A stretch of DNA of 64,000 nucleotides from Eledone cirrhosa. Its lineage: Eukaryota. Each line of letters opens with the position of its first letter. The first letter of the stretch is position 1. A program made the position numbers and the translations under genes. The stretch spans positions 73,780,001-73,844,000 of the forward strand of contig OZ024742.1 of assembly GCA_964016885.1 (NCBI GenBank). The letters are read 5' to 3'. Under the pieces are notes generated by a model. It was not told the origin of the DNA, made no database searches, and worked only from the letters and a program-made list of their open reading frames with translations. Below, piece after piece: positions 23,958 to 39,385 of the stretch.

Positions 23958-25424
23958 CACTGCATGACAAAATGAAAAACGTTTCTTTAGCACGATATAA
24001 TTAAGGGGATTTTAGCTAATTTGCTCTTTATGAATATGAAGTCCGTTTTGCTCCATCACAACTAGATTTTGATCTACAAGATACTCCCTATACTCTAAAT
24101 TTACAGAAATGTAATTTATGTAAATGCAGTATGTCATGTATTCCTTTTAAGAATACTATTGATTGTCCTTTTTGTGATAATCTTTAATGGGAGAGCTGTA
24201 AATGTAGATATTGCGCATATTAGGTAATTTAGTGTCTTAACCCAAGGAACCAAATCAACATCGTACAGATACCGAGAGGAGAAATTTGTTGAATTTTTCA
24301 ACACACATGAACTTGGTTTGGTTTATTACTGGTTTCATGACGGCACTGGGAATTTCCTCTGATATCAAGACAGATTGGTGTTTATTCAGTGATTGCAGTG
24401 TTTCCAACTTAAAGGCTGTACTTTTGTATGTTGGGAATGAGTACCCAGGGAGTCCAATGGGTTATTTATGGAAGGCAAAAGAGTCATACAACACTATTAA
24501 GATGTTACTTTCAAAAGGTCTACAAGATGTTTTGCTGCTTCTTGTGCCTGTGGGATAGCCGGACTCGAAATGAGCACTACAGTTGGCAAGATTAGTCAGC
24601 ATGTCATGAATGGAGACCAGGGAATAAAAGCATTCAATACGTAGATTGTTTTACCTGAACTAATTGTTACCACTACTACATATTAAACTTGGAATCTTCA
24701 AAAATGTTGTAAAGTTAGTGGACGCTGAGCGACAACCAATCAAGTTGCAGAAAGATATCTTTTTTCAATTAAGCTAAGCAAAGAAAGCGTGTACGTTGGA
24801 CCAGACACTCGCAAATTGGTGAAGAATCAAATGTTCAGAGATTCATTGAATGAAGTTGAACGACGAGTTAAAAACTTTCTAGGAAAGAACCAAAGCCCGA
24901 ATTACAAGGCAGTCATAGCTGACCCTCTGGATTTATTTGATGCACAGAGTGTCAAAATGTCCTTGATTCGCTTTTTAAAGAGCCACTTGAATTTCTTTCC
25001 TTGTGACTTGAGCAAGATCAGTGATGAGCTTGGTGTAAGATTTCATTAAGTGATCACTACTGTTGAAACAAGGTACCAAAGGTGAGCCAATCCTCACATG
25101 ATGGCAAACTTTTTCTGGTTTCACTCTTCTTGAACTCCATGCTACTGATCTTGACAGTGAAATCAATAATGTAACTTATTTTGTATTAGTTTTTTCTAAG
25201 TGTATACTGTTATTTTAACAGTGATTAATTGTAGTTTAGTAAAATTACATGTAATATTCACAAGATTAAACACTTTTTGTGTAAATGTAGTATATGTGGG
25301 ATATCTTGTAGATCAAAATGTAGACGTGATTGGGCAAAACGGATTTCATATTCATAAAGAACACCCTAAAATTAACTAATATCACCTAAAGTAGAGTTTG
25401 ATAAAAATAAACAGTCATGTGGTG
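23958..25424 (+). mobile_element. Decayed Chapaev3-type DNA transposon with TAA TSD
   Basis: Ends CACTGCATGAC...GTCATGTGGTG with TAA on both sides; subterminal inverted repeats about 24027-24095 and 25290-25360; transposase remnants (W.LF.D.S...LKAVLL, LLPPLHIKLG, ISDE.G.RFH) match 35184-36215. Confidence 0.8.
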
Positions 25425-25809
25425 TAATTAACGTAGCAGTCACGAAAAAATACCGAACGATGCATTTTTTGTAATCACTATACGTGAAAAATATAATTCC
25501 TTTGATCATAAGTCTGACCAATCAGATTTGACAATTTTTATAGGTTTGTCTGGAGAAAGTGAGTTATGACCATGTCGTTTGGAAGCCCTCAATGATTTGT
25601 GACCCAGGGTTAAACAACAAGTTACAAATGAATGTAGTGTCATTTTAAGTGAATCCTGTGCAGTCACATTCAATTCTCTAAACTTTGAAGGGAAGTAAGT
25701 AGTTAATTTATTAACTCCAGTATTTGACTGATACTTATCTTATCAACTACTTCGCACCATTTAAAGGATAGAATATCTGTCTGTTTGTGTGTGTGTGTGT
25801 ATATATGTA

Positions 25810-25879
<70 letters not shown>

Positions 25880-25880
25880 T

Positions 25881-26460
25881 ATATTTCTTTATTAGCCACA
25901 GGGGCACAAAAGAAGGGGACAAATACAAAGGGGGAAGTTTACATACAATAAAAACGTGTAAAATGTTATCACAGGTGGAATTTAAAAGTTAGTCGATTTT
26001 CCCCAATAGAGGGAGACAGTTTATATGGGTAACACATACCCCCGAAAAAAAATGTGCAACCCTCATCTCCAGGAGTACGAAGAGCTTGTACTCCTTTCCT
26101 CTCCTCCTCCTTTTCCTCAACCTACAGGCTGATATAGAGAGAAGGCCCATTCACTCGGGCCATTCTCGCCACTTTCACCCACCTTTCATAAAACTTGCTG
26201 GGGTACAGCACCTCTCTCTCCATCCTGATTCTTCTTCCAAAGTGGTATTTGAAAAAAAGAATCAGTTGTTGGCCGGAGAGAAAGGTGTCTGACCTCAGCC
26301 CTTTCAACCTTGTCCACCATACAACCTCTTTCGCCATAGTTATCACACGAAGGAAAACCGCCTCTCCTTCGTTTTTGAAGGAGGGTGGCGGTTTGATCAT
26401 GACAATGGACTTGGTGGTCAACTGGATTGGTCCCACCCGCGACAATAGTCGTTCTACATA
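25881..26460 (-). mobile_element. Tx1 family 1 5'-truncated 3' fragment (copy D)
   Basis: Nearly identical to 11746-12325; (TAGA)n at its 5' junction. Confidence 0.92.
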
Positions 26461-26467
26461 TATATAG

Positions 26468-26564
<97 letters not shown>

Positions 26565-26574
26565 GAGAAATGGG

Positions 26575-26712
26575 TTCTACAGGACTAGAACTGTTTCCTT
26601 CTGGAGAAATAATGTTCAATGAAACAGTTCTAGTCCTGTAAAAACTATTTCTATATTAAATATTTATACTCTGCTATGTATTGAGTACACCCCTGATTGA
26701 ACCCGGGATAGA
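26575..26712 (+). mobile_element. Small fold-back element with half-hammerhead arms (PLE terminal-repeat-like)
   Basis: TACAGGACTAGAACTGTTTC ... GAAACAGTTCTAGTCCTGTA inverted pair; downstream GTATTGAGTAC shared with the 4608 family; microsatellites on both sides. Confidence 0.5.
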
Positions 26713-26734
26713 TATATGTGTGTGTGTGTGTGTG

Positions 26735-26802
<68 letters not shown>

Positions 26803-27305
26803 GGTGAGTGGGTGTGCGTTCGTTCGTTCGAGGCTCGTTATTCACTCTCTCACTACTCAGAGTTTATTACTACATGTGGTTCTCACTACGCATATTATAT
26901 ATATATATACTAACATACAACCCGTCGAAAATGACTGAGTTTATAGTAAAAGATATTTTATTTAATAATTCTTTGGTTACAACATTCAATGTAAAGATGC
27001 TTGAATCCTCGAGTTCTCCTAATTTTCTCCCTCTTGTCACTCCGGCCATTACCGTATTTGATTTTCTATTCATTTAAATCAATTACAATAATTGTCTTCC
27101 ATATTTTCTTTAAACCTTATCAAACATATATATCCACTAAATTACGATGATTTTGTTTCGCCTCTGAATCTATCGATCTATCGATTTTTAGCATTGTTAC
27201 CGGCGTAAAGGCCAAATCAATGGTCTGACAACAGGAAGAAGCAGCAATCTCAAGCGAAGACAGTCAGAGAAGAGGAGGGTGAAGCAGTGACAGGAAAAGA
27301 GAAGT

Positions 27306-27580
<275 letters not shown>

Positions 27581-28029
27581 AGGAAGTCAGGGTCAAGCAA
27601 GTAATAACATATATTTTATCAAAATAGGTGTGAGTTGGCGTAGATATCTAAGAATATGGTGGGCAGCGGTCATAATTTCTTTAGTTCTGTATTTCATTGA
27701 CGAAAGTTAATTTTCCACCGCTTCTGGCGTCTTGCGTTGCACATTTACATCAACAATCTGTTGTCCATTCAAGTCTGTTTGTAAATTTTCACGTCTGTAT
27801 CTCCTTTTGTTGTAAAAACACCCGGAAATTGTTCCCGTCTAGCCTTTGTTTTGTTATTGTCTCACTTCCATCACACTAACTGAGCTGGCTCCGTTCTGTT
27901 GCATAAACTGGCATTAAAAGTGCAGTACCACCTTAAAGTGCGAAAATGCACTGCCACATAGGTGGGTGACGAGGTAACGATATATTTGTCTGTTTACGTT
28001 ATGTAACTATGTGTATTTTCTGCTGATGT

Positions 28030-28104
<75 letters not shown>

Positions 28105-28379
28105 GTTATTGCTGGAGTGAACCATTTCATGGTTCACTCCAACAATAATACCGAATCTTGCGAGGCATCTCTGGATGATGTATATATTCTGTTTGTGTTT
28201 GCCGTAATTCCTTTTATTGATCTAATTATGCAATCCGGATTTGATCGGATGATGTAATTTAGCCATTGAAATATTTATCTTTTTTGAAGCATTAAAACTT
28301 TCAAAGGATATTTCCAGTCCGGACTTCTGTTATGAATATTTGGTCGGCTGTGCTGCGTCCGGAGCGAAAACCACACTGT

Positions 28380-30030
28380 TCATCTGCTAGCTTATATTCA
28401 ACAATCTCCCTACACCTCTTTGCCAGACACTTAGCATAGACTTTACCGTGGAGGCTTAACAAGATCTCTCTTATCTCCCTTTTTGAAAATTGGGATTGTC
28501 ACTCCCGATTGCCATTGCTTAGGTACCTTTCCAGAGATCCAGGCAATCCGATACACACGAGTCAGCCAGAGAATGCCTTCTCTATTTAAGATTTTTAACA
28601 TCTCGGACCAATTTCATCCACCCCAGAGACCTTGCCACATTTGGACTCTTTAATTGCTCCTTTGACCTCAGCTTCCGAGAGGTTAGTCTTCCTCCCCTAG
28701 ATGTGCTCATGTACATCAGAAGATATTGCAATGACCATATTTAGGGGATCAGCAAAGTATTCTTTCGCAGGGATGTTCCTCCCTGAAGAGAGGAGAACTA
28801 CAGATGCATTCCTGATAGCCGGTGTGGAAGTGGACTTCTTATTACGAAGTCGGCGGATGGTCTGCCAGAACACTTTAGTCGGATTCCAGCTTAACCCCAA
28901 AGTCCTCCCATATCTAAATTTGAACGCCTTTACAGTTTATGCAGTGACTTTTCGTGTCTGCTTGTACCGCAAGTGCAAGAAGGAGGACTTATTTCAAAGC
29001 CAACCTTTGTAGGCCTTCTTCCTTGCCCGGATTGTATCTTTGACCTCTTTATTGAAGCAACGGGCTCTCCTACTACCCGGTGCCACATCAAGCCGCTTTC
29101 GCCAACAGCATTTAACAACTGAAGCAGAATCTGCCGAGCTAAACAATCTCCACTCCATTTCAACGTCCTCAGTTTGCTCAAGGAGTTCTCTGAATTTGGA
29201 TGCAATCATATCCCCATACCTGGTCCTGGCTTCCTTATTCACCAATGTTTCCCACTTTAACTTGTAGATCAACCTGGACCTACCAGTTTTGTGGGCTTTC
29301 GTGGCTTTAGTTAGTCTCAAGTTGCAGATAACTAGATGGTGACCAGTCGACAGCTCAGTCCCTCCCTTAACATGAACATCCAGCACAAAATTAAGATATC
29401 AGAGACAATAACAAAATCAAATATTGATCTCTCTTCCTGATTCCCCTTATACCATGTATATTTATGGATGCCTCTGTGCTGGAAGGTGTTCGTAATAGAG
29501 AGTTTATTTCTAGAGCAGAAGTCTAATAAAGCTTCTCTATTCACATTTAAATTTGGATCGCCGTTACCTCTAGTCACTCCTTTTCATGTCAGGTTGTCCG
29601 TGCCAATATGTGCATTGAAGTCGCTCATTAAGATATATGAAGCAGTCTTAAATACATCTAACGCTGCAGTGACTTCATCAAGGAAGTTTGATGCGTAAAC
29701 TTGCACCACCCACAGAGAGCTATTTACAGCTTAAGCTTCAAGGGGCAAATCCACCTTCTTAATGGGATCCAGTCCATCACACATTCTGGGAGTATCCCCA
29801 CTTCTGCTTATGAAGTCATTTCTGGCACCACACCTAAATAGAGTAATTTCCACCCCCATCCAAATCTAAAGTGTTTGAACCACGGAACCAGCCTCCTCCA
29901 CAAGTTCCTGCTCCTTATCTGTAAGAGTTGTAATGTTCGAGGTTCCAATTGTTACGGTTTTCTCCCTTCCGAACCCTCTTTGGGGTCTCGGGATATGCAA
30001 TCTTTGTGCGACCATGCCACACCTCTAGGA
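28380..30030 (-). mobile_element. RTE-clade LINE 5' half (5' UTR, endonuclease, start of RT), decayed
   Basis: ALLDFCSRNKLSITNTF, DVHVKGGTELSTGHHLVICNL, KVFWQTIRRLR; same family as 22320-23902. Confidence 0.85.
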
Positions 30031-30222
30031 CATATCGCAGACCCATCGCTTTACTGAAACAGCATAGCTATGCTGTAAGAAATTTAATAAATAAAACTTT
30101 GTAATCAATATTGAGTTCTGCCTCCCTTGTGAACTATTAATATCACTAGATCTGACCATTATATATGTGTGTGTGTCTGTCTGTCTGTATGTGCGTGTCT
30201 CTTTCTCTTTCTCTTTCTCTTT

Positions 30223-30316
<94 letters not shown>

Positions 30317-30369
30317 TCACTCTCTCTCTCTGTCGTTATTGGGTTCGAGCTTCATATATATATATAAAT

Positions 30370-30511
<142 letters not shown>

Positions 30512-30996
30512 CGTTAAGATGTTTAAATTCTATTATACAAAATACTAGGTAACAAACCACTGATTTATATTTAATTGCATATCAGTATGTTGGTTGGCGT
30601 CGCGTATTAATTAAGAGAAGTAAGGAGACGAACTTCGTAAAGATAGATTGTAAGCCATTTTACATGTGTACCTTTAATAAACAGACATTTAACATCACTC
30701 TTCAAATAAACTTTGTACTGACGAATGTATGATATGCAAATGATTAAAGTCGATGCCTGTTACTCATTGCATTTTTTTAAAGTAAGTGATTGGAATCTAC
30801 TGGCTCTCTATATGTAGAATAAATTACATTCCAGTTTTTCATTCTTTTACTTGTTTCAGCCATTTGGCTGTAGGCATGCTAGAGCCCCACGATGAAATGA
30901 TTTAGTTGATTATTTCGACCACAGTGGTTACTTCTTCAAGTCCTGATGATTTCTTGTAGAAGTCATTTCTATGATAAATATATATATATATATATA

Positions 30997-31160
30997 TTGG
31001 TAAACGGAATAGAAAATGCTGACAAATTGTTCACAGTGAAAAATAGTTTAATTAGGAATAAGTGATAATTAGTAATAGTATTAGTTAGTATTAAGTTTTG
31101 GTTTTAAGTTTTACCGGTTGCGCATTTCTAATGCTTTTCAAAAATAATTTTGAGATAGAG
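30997..31160 (-). mobile_element. PLE terminal-repeat-like fragment with a degenerate hammerhead; non-palindromic relative of 32637-32922
   Basis: Minus strand TTGAAAA-GCATT-AGA-AATGC-GCAA-CCGG-TA-AAAC; abuts (TA)n. Confidence 0.55.
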
Positions 31161-31505
31161 CGTCCGTGATGTTTGCTCTGATCTGATTAGTTTTGGGAAA
31201 TCTACCTGTTTTTATGTTAAAAAAGTGGCTCCAGCGGTATTAAAATAAGTTTTGCGCCAATTCGTGTTGCAAAAATTCTTGTGGTCAAAACAATTTTGAT
31301 TGGTCGGTAGAGGTCATGTGAATGTAAAAAATTGATTTTGCGCCAAATGTAGGTTTGTGTCGGCTGACTGAAAAATAAGTCTTTCACAACAAATATGTGT
31401 GTGTGTGTGTAATAGTAGTAGTAAAGAGGTTCGTTGTTGTGATAATGGTCAGCAGGGATGTGTGTGCGAACCGCAGCCTGTTGACAGTTCAAATGCCTAT
31501 TAAGA

Positions 31506-31938
<433 letters not shown>

Positions 31939-32216
31939 TCTTTGTATGTTAATTTACGCGTGTGTATGTGTGTGTGTATATATGTGTGTGTGTGTGTGAG
32001 AGAATGTGTGTGTGTGTAGGGGGGTGGGTGTGGATCAGTATTTATTTCTGTATTTCGATATTTTCAGTAAAATCGATTCTCTCAATAGAACATCAAAAAC
32101 CTTAATAATAAAAGGTGTGAAATGATATATAGTATTGGCATAATACCAAGGTGTGTGTGAGTGTGTCCAGATTGTACGTACTGCAAGGGGGATCCATTAG
32201 GATTTTTAATTTAATG

Positions 32217-32272
<56 letters not shown>

Positions 32273-32570
32273 TTGTGTGTATGTATGTATATCCTCTTTG
32301 GACATCACACAAGCGTTAAACCAATTTATATCATCAATGTACTGCATAATGTTCCCGTGTTGACTTTCTCGTATGTTCACACATACACACCACATATGCG
32401 CGCACGCACACACACATACAAGTATATATGTATGTACGCATGTGTATATATATATATATACATGAGCACACGTAACAAGGACAGACACTGGAAAGCGAAA
32501 CGGACACACGGACAAATCCCTGACATCGGCCGTTAGCTGGGAATCCCTGTGATATCGATATGCATGTGTG

Positions 32571-32636
<66 letters not shown>

Positions 32637-32640
<4 letters not shown>

Positions 32641-32922
32641 TAAACGGAATAGAAAATGCTGACAAATTGTTCACAGTTGAAAAATGGTTTAATTAGGAAT
32701 AAAAGAGTATTAGTGATTGTATGGGTTAGTATTCAGTTGTGGTTTTAAGTTTTTAAGTTTTTACCGGTTGCGCATTTAGAAATGCGCAACCAGTAAAAAC
32801 TTAAAAACTTAAAACCACAACTGAATACTAACCCATACAATCACTAATACTCTTTTATTCCTAATTAAACCATTTTTCAACTGTGAAGAATTTGTCAGCA
32901 TTTTCTATCCCGTTTACCAATA
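32637..32922. repeat. Near-perfect palindrome with arms of about 140 bp, centred in hammerhead stem II
   Basis: TTGGTAAACGG...CCGGTTGCGCATTT-AG-AAATGCGCAACCAG...CCGTTTACCAA; TA runs on both sides. Confidence 0.9.
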
Positions 32923-32955
32923 TATAATAACTTGTGTGTTACACCTCTATTCTTT

Positions 32956-33027
<72 letters not shown>

Positions 33028-33105
33028 TATACATATATGTATACATACATATGCCTTTTTTGTGGTGAGCATGTTGTTGTACATGTGCATAAATATAACT
33101 TGTCA

Positions 33106-33140
<35 letters not shown>

Positions 33141-33186
33141 GTGGGGGGGATTGAGAGAGAGAGAGTGAGAGGGAGAGAGAGTGTGA

Positions 33187-33244
<58 letters not shown>

Positions 33245-33441
33245 GAGAGAGAGAGACATCAGGATTTTGCCAGTTTTAAACTAGTGAGGCCGTTATTAAG
33301 TAGAATACTCGAAACTTAGGATAGTAGAGTGTATATATACTAGAGATTATGGTCCCAACGGCTAAGCTCATGCGGTTTCGACGTTTGTTTGAAATTTGCT
33401 GTCGAGGCGGCAAGAGTTCAGCCGTTGGGCCCTGGCTCTCT

Positions 33442-33482
<41 letters not shown>

Positions 33483-33516
33483 ATATATATATATATATAT
33501 ATATACGTACACTCAC

Positions 33517-33585
<69 letters not shown>

Positions 33586-33642
33586 AACACACACATATAT
33601 ATATACATATATATATATACATACATATACACACACACACAC

Positions 33643-33756
<114 letters not shown>

Positions 33757-34828
33757 TAGCTGAAGTACCGGGTTAAATGAAATAATTGAAATATCGTTCA
33801 AAATCTTTTCTAGGGTGCATTTGAAATTTTTAATATAGCTGTTTGTTTCTTCTATGTAACATATCTCGTAGTTGCAATATGATTTCATATTTAGTTTCTT
33901 TATTCTTTTCATACCTTGTCAGTGTGTGTGTTTTCATATCACTGATAAAATACAATTGTAAGTATTTTGATTCTTCTTCAGAAAGTAGCTGAACTCGTCC
34001 GATTCTGTGGTACACTAGGTCTTGGATCTTGAAAGAGATTATAACATTTTCACTAAATGATGTCATTTGGAATGCATTATTGTACTTCTGTATACTTTGA
34101 AGTGTCTTGATTCAGTGTTTGTACCAGCCAGCATTCCCCTCAATGGTTCTGGTGGTTCAGGTAATAGTTTAAACTTTATCTTTCCATTTAAACAGGACAA
34201 TCCAGTTGACTCACAATTCCATTTTTTAGCACCGTGATTTGGACAAATTTTGTTCATCGAGAAAATTCGAATTAAACGTTGATGTGGATTGTAACTAAAA
34301 GCAGCAAAGTTCCACTTGGCAACCTTCCTAAATCGTAAATCTTCTGTTCTTGCCCTCTGTTCGCATAGTCTTTGAGTTGTTTGAGCGTCAGTTTCTTCAT
34401 GCCACTTTTGAGGTGTTCTATTTCTCTCCATTTGTTGTCTTAATAATTTCCGTACATCCGATTCCTCTTGAGGAATAGTTGCTTTCATTGTCCTGTCTTC
34501 AGCAATCCTTTTTGATCTTTGTTCCTTTGATTCATCCAGTCTAATCTGTGCACTTCTTATATCTTTGTTTTTGAAGTCTAGATGATCTTTGTACATCTGA
34601 TTCCCCCTGTCTGTTTTGTGCTGTAACTCCGTATATCTAATTCCTCTTGATAAAAAAAGTTGCTTTCCTTTTTCTATCATCAGCAAGCCTTTTGCATCTT
34701 TTTTTTATTTTTTATTCAATATGCCTATATTTTGCTGTTGCTTTTCTTTCTCTTTGGAGTCTTTCTTGTCACTGCTCTTCACTTTCATTCTCCCTTTGTA
34801 GCTGCTTTGCCATAGCTTTATGAGATTA

Positions 34829-36497
34829 CACCGTGTAACAAAAAAAAATGTTTCTCTGTTCCTGGCTTGTAATCACTTTTTTTGTGTTGCTTAGGTCCCA
34901 AATAAATAAAAGAAAGTGCTATTAAACAGTTAAAAGTTTGGGTTTGTAAAAATTCTAAGCTATTCACTAGAATTATTTGTATGCTGGATTTTACGTTGTA
35001 TGTAAGTTTAATTTGCTTATGTTAAATGATTTTTTTATATATGTTTCAGGTTAAATTAAAATTATAAAATAAAGAGTAATACCTAAAGAAAATTATAAAA
35101 GTGCAATAAAGTAAAAAATTGTTAAAAAGTGGATTAAAGAGATTTATTGATACTGGATTTTCGCACCCTGAATAAAGGGTAAGTTGTGTTTTAAGCATTC
35201 GTCTCCAGGCTTTTACACTCTTAGGGATGGCCGCTGCTTCTGCCATGACGTGCCTGGACTGTTTGACGTTATTGGGGTGCCGTTTGTGCCCAAGGAGTGG
35301 CGGCTATTTATAGACAGCTCCACCACAAGTTTGAAGGCTGTCCTCCTCCACAATGGAAACAAGTTCCCGACACTGCCCCTAGCTCCTTCAGTCTGTCTGA
35401 AAGAAGATTACTACAGTGTGAAAGTCCTCTTGGAAGCTCTGCAATACAATCAGTACAATTGGGAAATCATTGGAGACTTCAAGATGGTGGCTTTCCTGCT
35501 TGTACTCCAAAGAGGCTTTATCAAATTCCAATGCTTCCTCTGCCTTTGGGACAGCAGAGCCACCTCTGATCACTATAAAAGAAAGAACTGGGAGCAGTGG
35601 ACAGAATTTGTAGTTGGGACCCGGAACGTCATGTGGGAGCCACTGGTTGATCTCAGGATTGTGCTGATGCCACCACTGCACATTAAGTTGGGGTTGATGA
35701 AGCAGTTTGTGAAGGCTCTCAACCTACAATCAGCCGCTTTTAAGTACCTTCTTGAGTTCTTCCCTAAGTTATCTGAGGCCAAAATCAAAGGTGGAATTGT
35801 TGTTGGACCTCAGATAAATAAGGTGTTTGAGTCTACCGAGTTCTCCAATAAGCTCAATAGGATTGAGAGAACAGCATGGAAATGTTTCAAGGCATTTGTT
35901 AAGGGCTTCCTGGGAAACTACAGAGCTGAAATCTACCAGCAACTGGTGCAGGATCTGATAAAGGCTTTTGGCGCCATGGGATGCAGGATGTCGCTTAAAC
36001 TCCATATGCTGGACGCTCACCTGGAAAAATTCAAGGACAATATGGGCGCCTACTCAGAAGAACAAGGCGAACGATTCCACCAAGATGTGAAAGAGATAGA
36101 GCGGAGGTACCAGGGCCACTACAATGAAAAAATGATGGGGGACTATATCTGGGGGCTAGTGCAGGAATGCGACCTGGACTACAACCGCAAATCCAGAAAA
36201 TTCAGTCATTTCTGACGTGTATAAGTTGCTTTATAAGTGTTATTTGTTTTTACTTGTTTGCTTTTGATAAGCTTGTGTAATAAAATAAATATATACTCTG
36301 TTGATTTAATTATATGAACTGATAAATTAAAAACAAATGTGTTTTTTCTTGAAAAATAGGAAAATTTCGAAATATTATCAAACTTCTGACCACAAACCCA
36401 AACTTATGATTAAATAATAGTGTTTTTTTATAATAATGGGATATAACAAACCAGGAAATTATACTTAGAACCGGGAACAAATATATCTTACATGGTG
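34829..36497 (+). mobile_element. Chapaev3-type DNA transposon, internally deleted, with TTA TSD
   Basis: Ends CACCGTGTAA...TTACATGGTG; TTA at 34826-34828 and 36498-36500; subterminal inverted AAGTTTGGGTTTGT / ACAAACCCAAACTT. Confidence 0.85.
35184..36215 (+). CDS. Chapaev3-type transposase, catalytic C-terminal portion (N-terminus missing)
   Basis: Open 343-codon frame with WRLFIDSS..SLKAVLLHNGN, GDFKMV, CFLCLWDSRA, PPLHIKLGLMK, SEEQGERFHQD. Confidence 0.85.
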   Translation: MCFKHSSPGFYTLRDGRCFCHDVPGLFDVIGVPFVPKEWRLFIDSSTTSLKAVLLHNGNKFPTLPLAPSVCLKEDYYSVKVLLEALQYNQYNWEIIGDFKMVAFLLVLQRGFIKFQCFLCLWDSRATSDHYKRKNWEQWTEFVVGTRNVMWEPLVDLRIVLMPPLHIKLGLMKQFVKALNLQSAAFKYLLEFFPKLSEAKIKGGIVVGPQINKVFESTEFSNKLNRIERTAWKCFKAFVKGFLGNYRAEIYQQLVQDLIKAFGAMGCRMSLKLHMLDAHLEKFKDNMGAYSEEQGERFHQDVKEIERRYQGHYNEKMMGDYIWGLVQECDLDYNRKSRKFSHF

Positions 36498-37791
36498 TTA
36501 TCTTCCAAATGAAGGTCTATTTTGGGGGGCATTTTTTGCTTGCAACTTCAACTGGCACTATTATTTATGTAAACATTTTTTATTTTTCTGTTAATGATGG
36601 ATCTAAGTCGAGTTAAATTTCGTTGAATGGGGACTGACTGCATTAAATTTTGGGGAAACAATAACCAAAACTAACGGAAATGAATATGCAAAAAATATCG
36701 CACGTTTCACATGTGTTATTTTTAGTAGTGTTTACATAAATCAAATTAAGAACCTAAAAGAGCTATATAAGATAATGTAGCATATATATACACACGGGAA
36801 ATATATGAAGAATATATGAAGAAGATAGTGGTAAGAAACTCTCAAGAGAGCTGGACAGCAGAAGGTCTTCAAAAAAGAAACCCCTACCTCACGCAAGTGT
36901 TTTGACCCTTCAATTGGAGATTTTATTGACAGAATCTAGCTGGAACTCCGCTTCGTGGCTTTTGCTTTCAAACTTATATCTAGAAGCTGTATTGAGTTTG
37001 GAAAAATACCGTTGGTAGACATGGTAACGGAGAGACGTCAACAGTGTCACTGCCACCGCCAACTACAAACATGACTTAGAGTTTCTTCCCGTAACCTGCG
37101 TTGAAATATGATACAATGCCCTCAAAGTGTAAGGAAGTCTTTTTGTTCACGGGCTAAATATTAAGTAGAAATGACATATATAAACACACGAGTTATAGAG
37201 AATGTATGACAAAATATGTTGCAGCCAATAGAGGAGAAAGTTGATGATTTTGATATTGAAGCAGACGTATATTGTTGTTTTATGTTGATTGAACGGGTGT
37301 CGTTCACTTGTTTCAGGCATACCTCATTTCATGCAGAAGAGAGAGAGAGCGGAGACATTCAATGCGTGTGTTTGTTGCTTTGTTCAATATGTGTGTTATT
37401 GTCGGCGACTATGTTGAACGCGTGCAGCTCACTTTCTTTGCTTTCTTTATCTCTGTTTCTTTCTCTCTTCGATCAAGCATTGTTAACCTATTTGTTTACT
37501 TCTATCGCTCTACTTTCATCGATCTACTTAATTTTACATGGGGTTTATCTCTTCATCATTTTCTCTATTTTCCGTCATATTTCACCCTAGTGTAGGCGAT
37601 AATTCACAACAACCACAGATTGACAAACAAACAAGCATATAAACAAACGAATATAGGTGAGGAAAACCTATTCCAGAGTCTGAAGAACTCACATGCAAAG
37701 TTTGAACATGATTGGTCCACTGGTTTCTAAGTCCATTGGAGACAAATAAACGAGTTATATATATATATATATATATATATAAAACCATATT

Positions 37792-37856
37792 TATTTCATT
37801 ATACATATTTCAAGGACACCAAGTTAAATTATGGTGTGCTTTCATCAGATAAAATA
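37792..37856 (-). ncRNA. Type I minimal hammerhead ribozyme, intact core
   Basis: TATTTTAT-CTGATGA-AAGCACACCA(loop)TGGTGTCCTT-GAAA-TATGTA-TA-ATGAAATA; stems I and II pair; palindromic stem III. Confidence 0.8.
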
Positions 37857-37997
37857 TAATATAGAGCAGTTTTGTAAATAAATATTGACATACCCTTAAA
37901 GAATGCGACCATTTCTGTTGGAAGCTCCCGGATAGTTTTATAAATGTAGTTTCCATTTGTTAATATATCGTATTTTTACTCCAATAATTTGTTGAGT

Positions 37998-38049
<52 letters not shown>

Positions 38050-38067
38050 TGTGTGTGTGTGTGTGTG

Positions 38068-38113
<46 letters not shown>

Positions 38114-38205
38114 TATATATACATATATATATATATATATAAAAGTCTGTGTGTGTGTATATATATATATACACACACACACACATATATATATACATAT
38201 ACATA

Positions 38206-38345
<140 letters not shown>

Positions 38346-38610
38346 TAAGTCCAAAGAATCATTAGATAAAATATATACAGTATTTCTCCTCCCAATCAGT
38401 ATAAATCAACCACACAAAAAATCATTTAAACGAGGCTATAAGTTTAAAATGTGCTTATGAAGAAATAGTAGACAAATGATATAGCTTCTTATCCGCGACG
38501 TACAGCTACAAAAAATTTACCCAATATTTCTATTAGCCTGTAGAAATTGACTAAACATATAGTTAACTACACATACACATATATATATATATACATATAT
38601 ATATGTATAC

Positions 38611-38704
<94 letters not shown>

Positions 38705-38861
38705 GCAATATAGGAAGGACATCCAATTGTAGAAACAAACCTAAAATCAGTTCTGTACGAGCAAGACATGGTCATCGGACCTGGCTTGTATCATAACGGG
38801 ACAACTCGTCTAACCCATTCTAGCGTGGAAAAATGGCCGTTAAACAGTGATTCTGATGACG

Positions 38862-38900
<39 letters not shown>

Positions 38901-38967
38901 AACGAACAGCGGAGGACACGTTTCGCACCTTTCCGACAGACAACCTTTCCCCCACCCCGGAAAAAAA

Positions 38968-39003
38968 CCCTAGTTGATGGATGTGAATCCGAAATATATA
39001 GGG
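38968..39003 (+). ncRNA. Degenerate hammerhead remnant
   Basis: CCC-TAGTTGA-TGGAT-GTGA-ATCC-GAAA-TATA-TA-GGG; CTGANGA box mutated. Confidence 0.4.
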
Positions 39004-39252
39004 ACAATTAAATCTCTCCCAAGGTAACTCTCTCTCGTGTTGTTATTTTTATTTTTATCCTTTACGCTCTTTCCTTCATTCCTCTACACGTCTTATACAC
39101 GCCACGCATCTCAACGTACACCCACTTACATCTCTCTCTCCACCACCGGATCTTGTTACCCGGAGATTTACCCATTTGCATTGTCGAGGCTTCCAAACGA
39201 CTTAAAGAAATTTACCTTATTATTCCACAATTCTTCAAGCAAACTTCAATAC

Positions 39253-39385
<133 letters not shown>

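Noticed and set aside
30715-30755. CTGACGA motif
   Set aside because: No convincing GAAA box or stem I partner.
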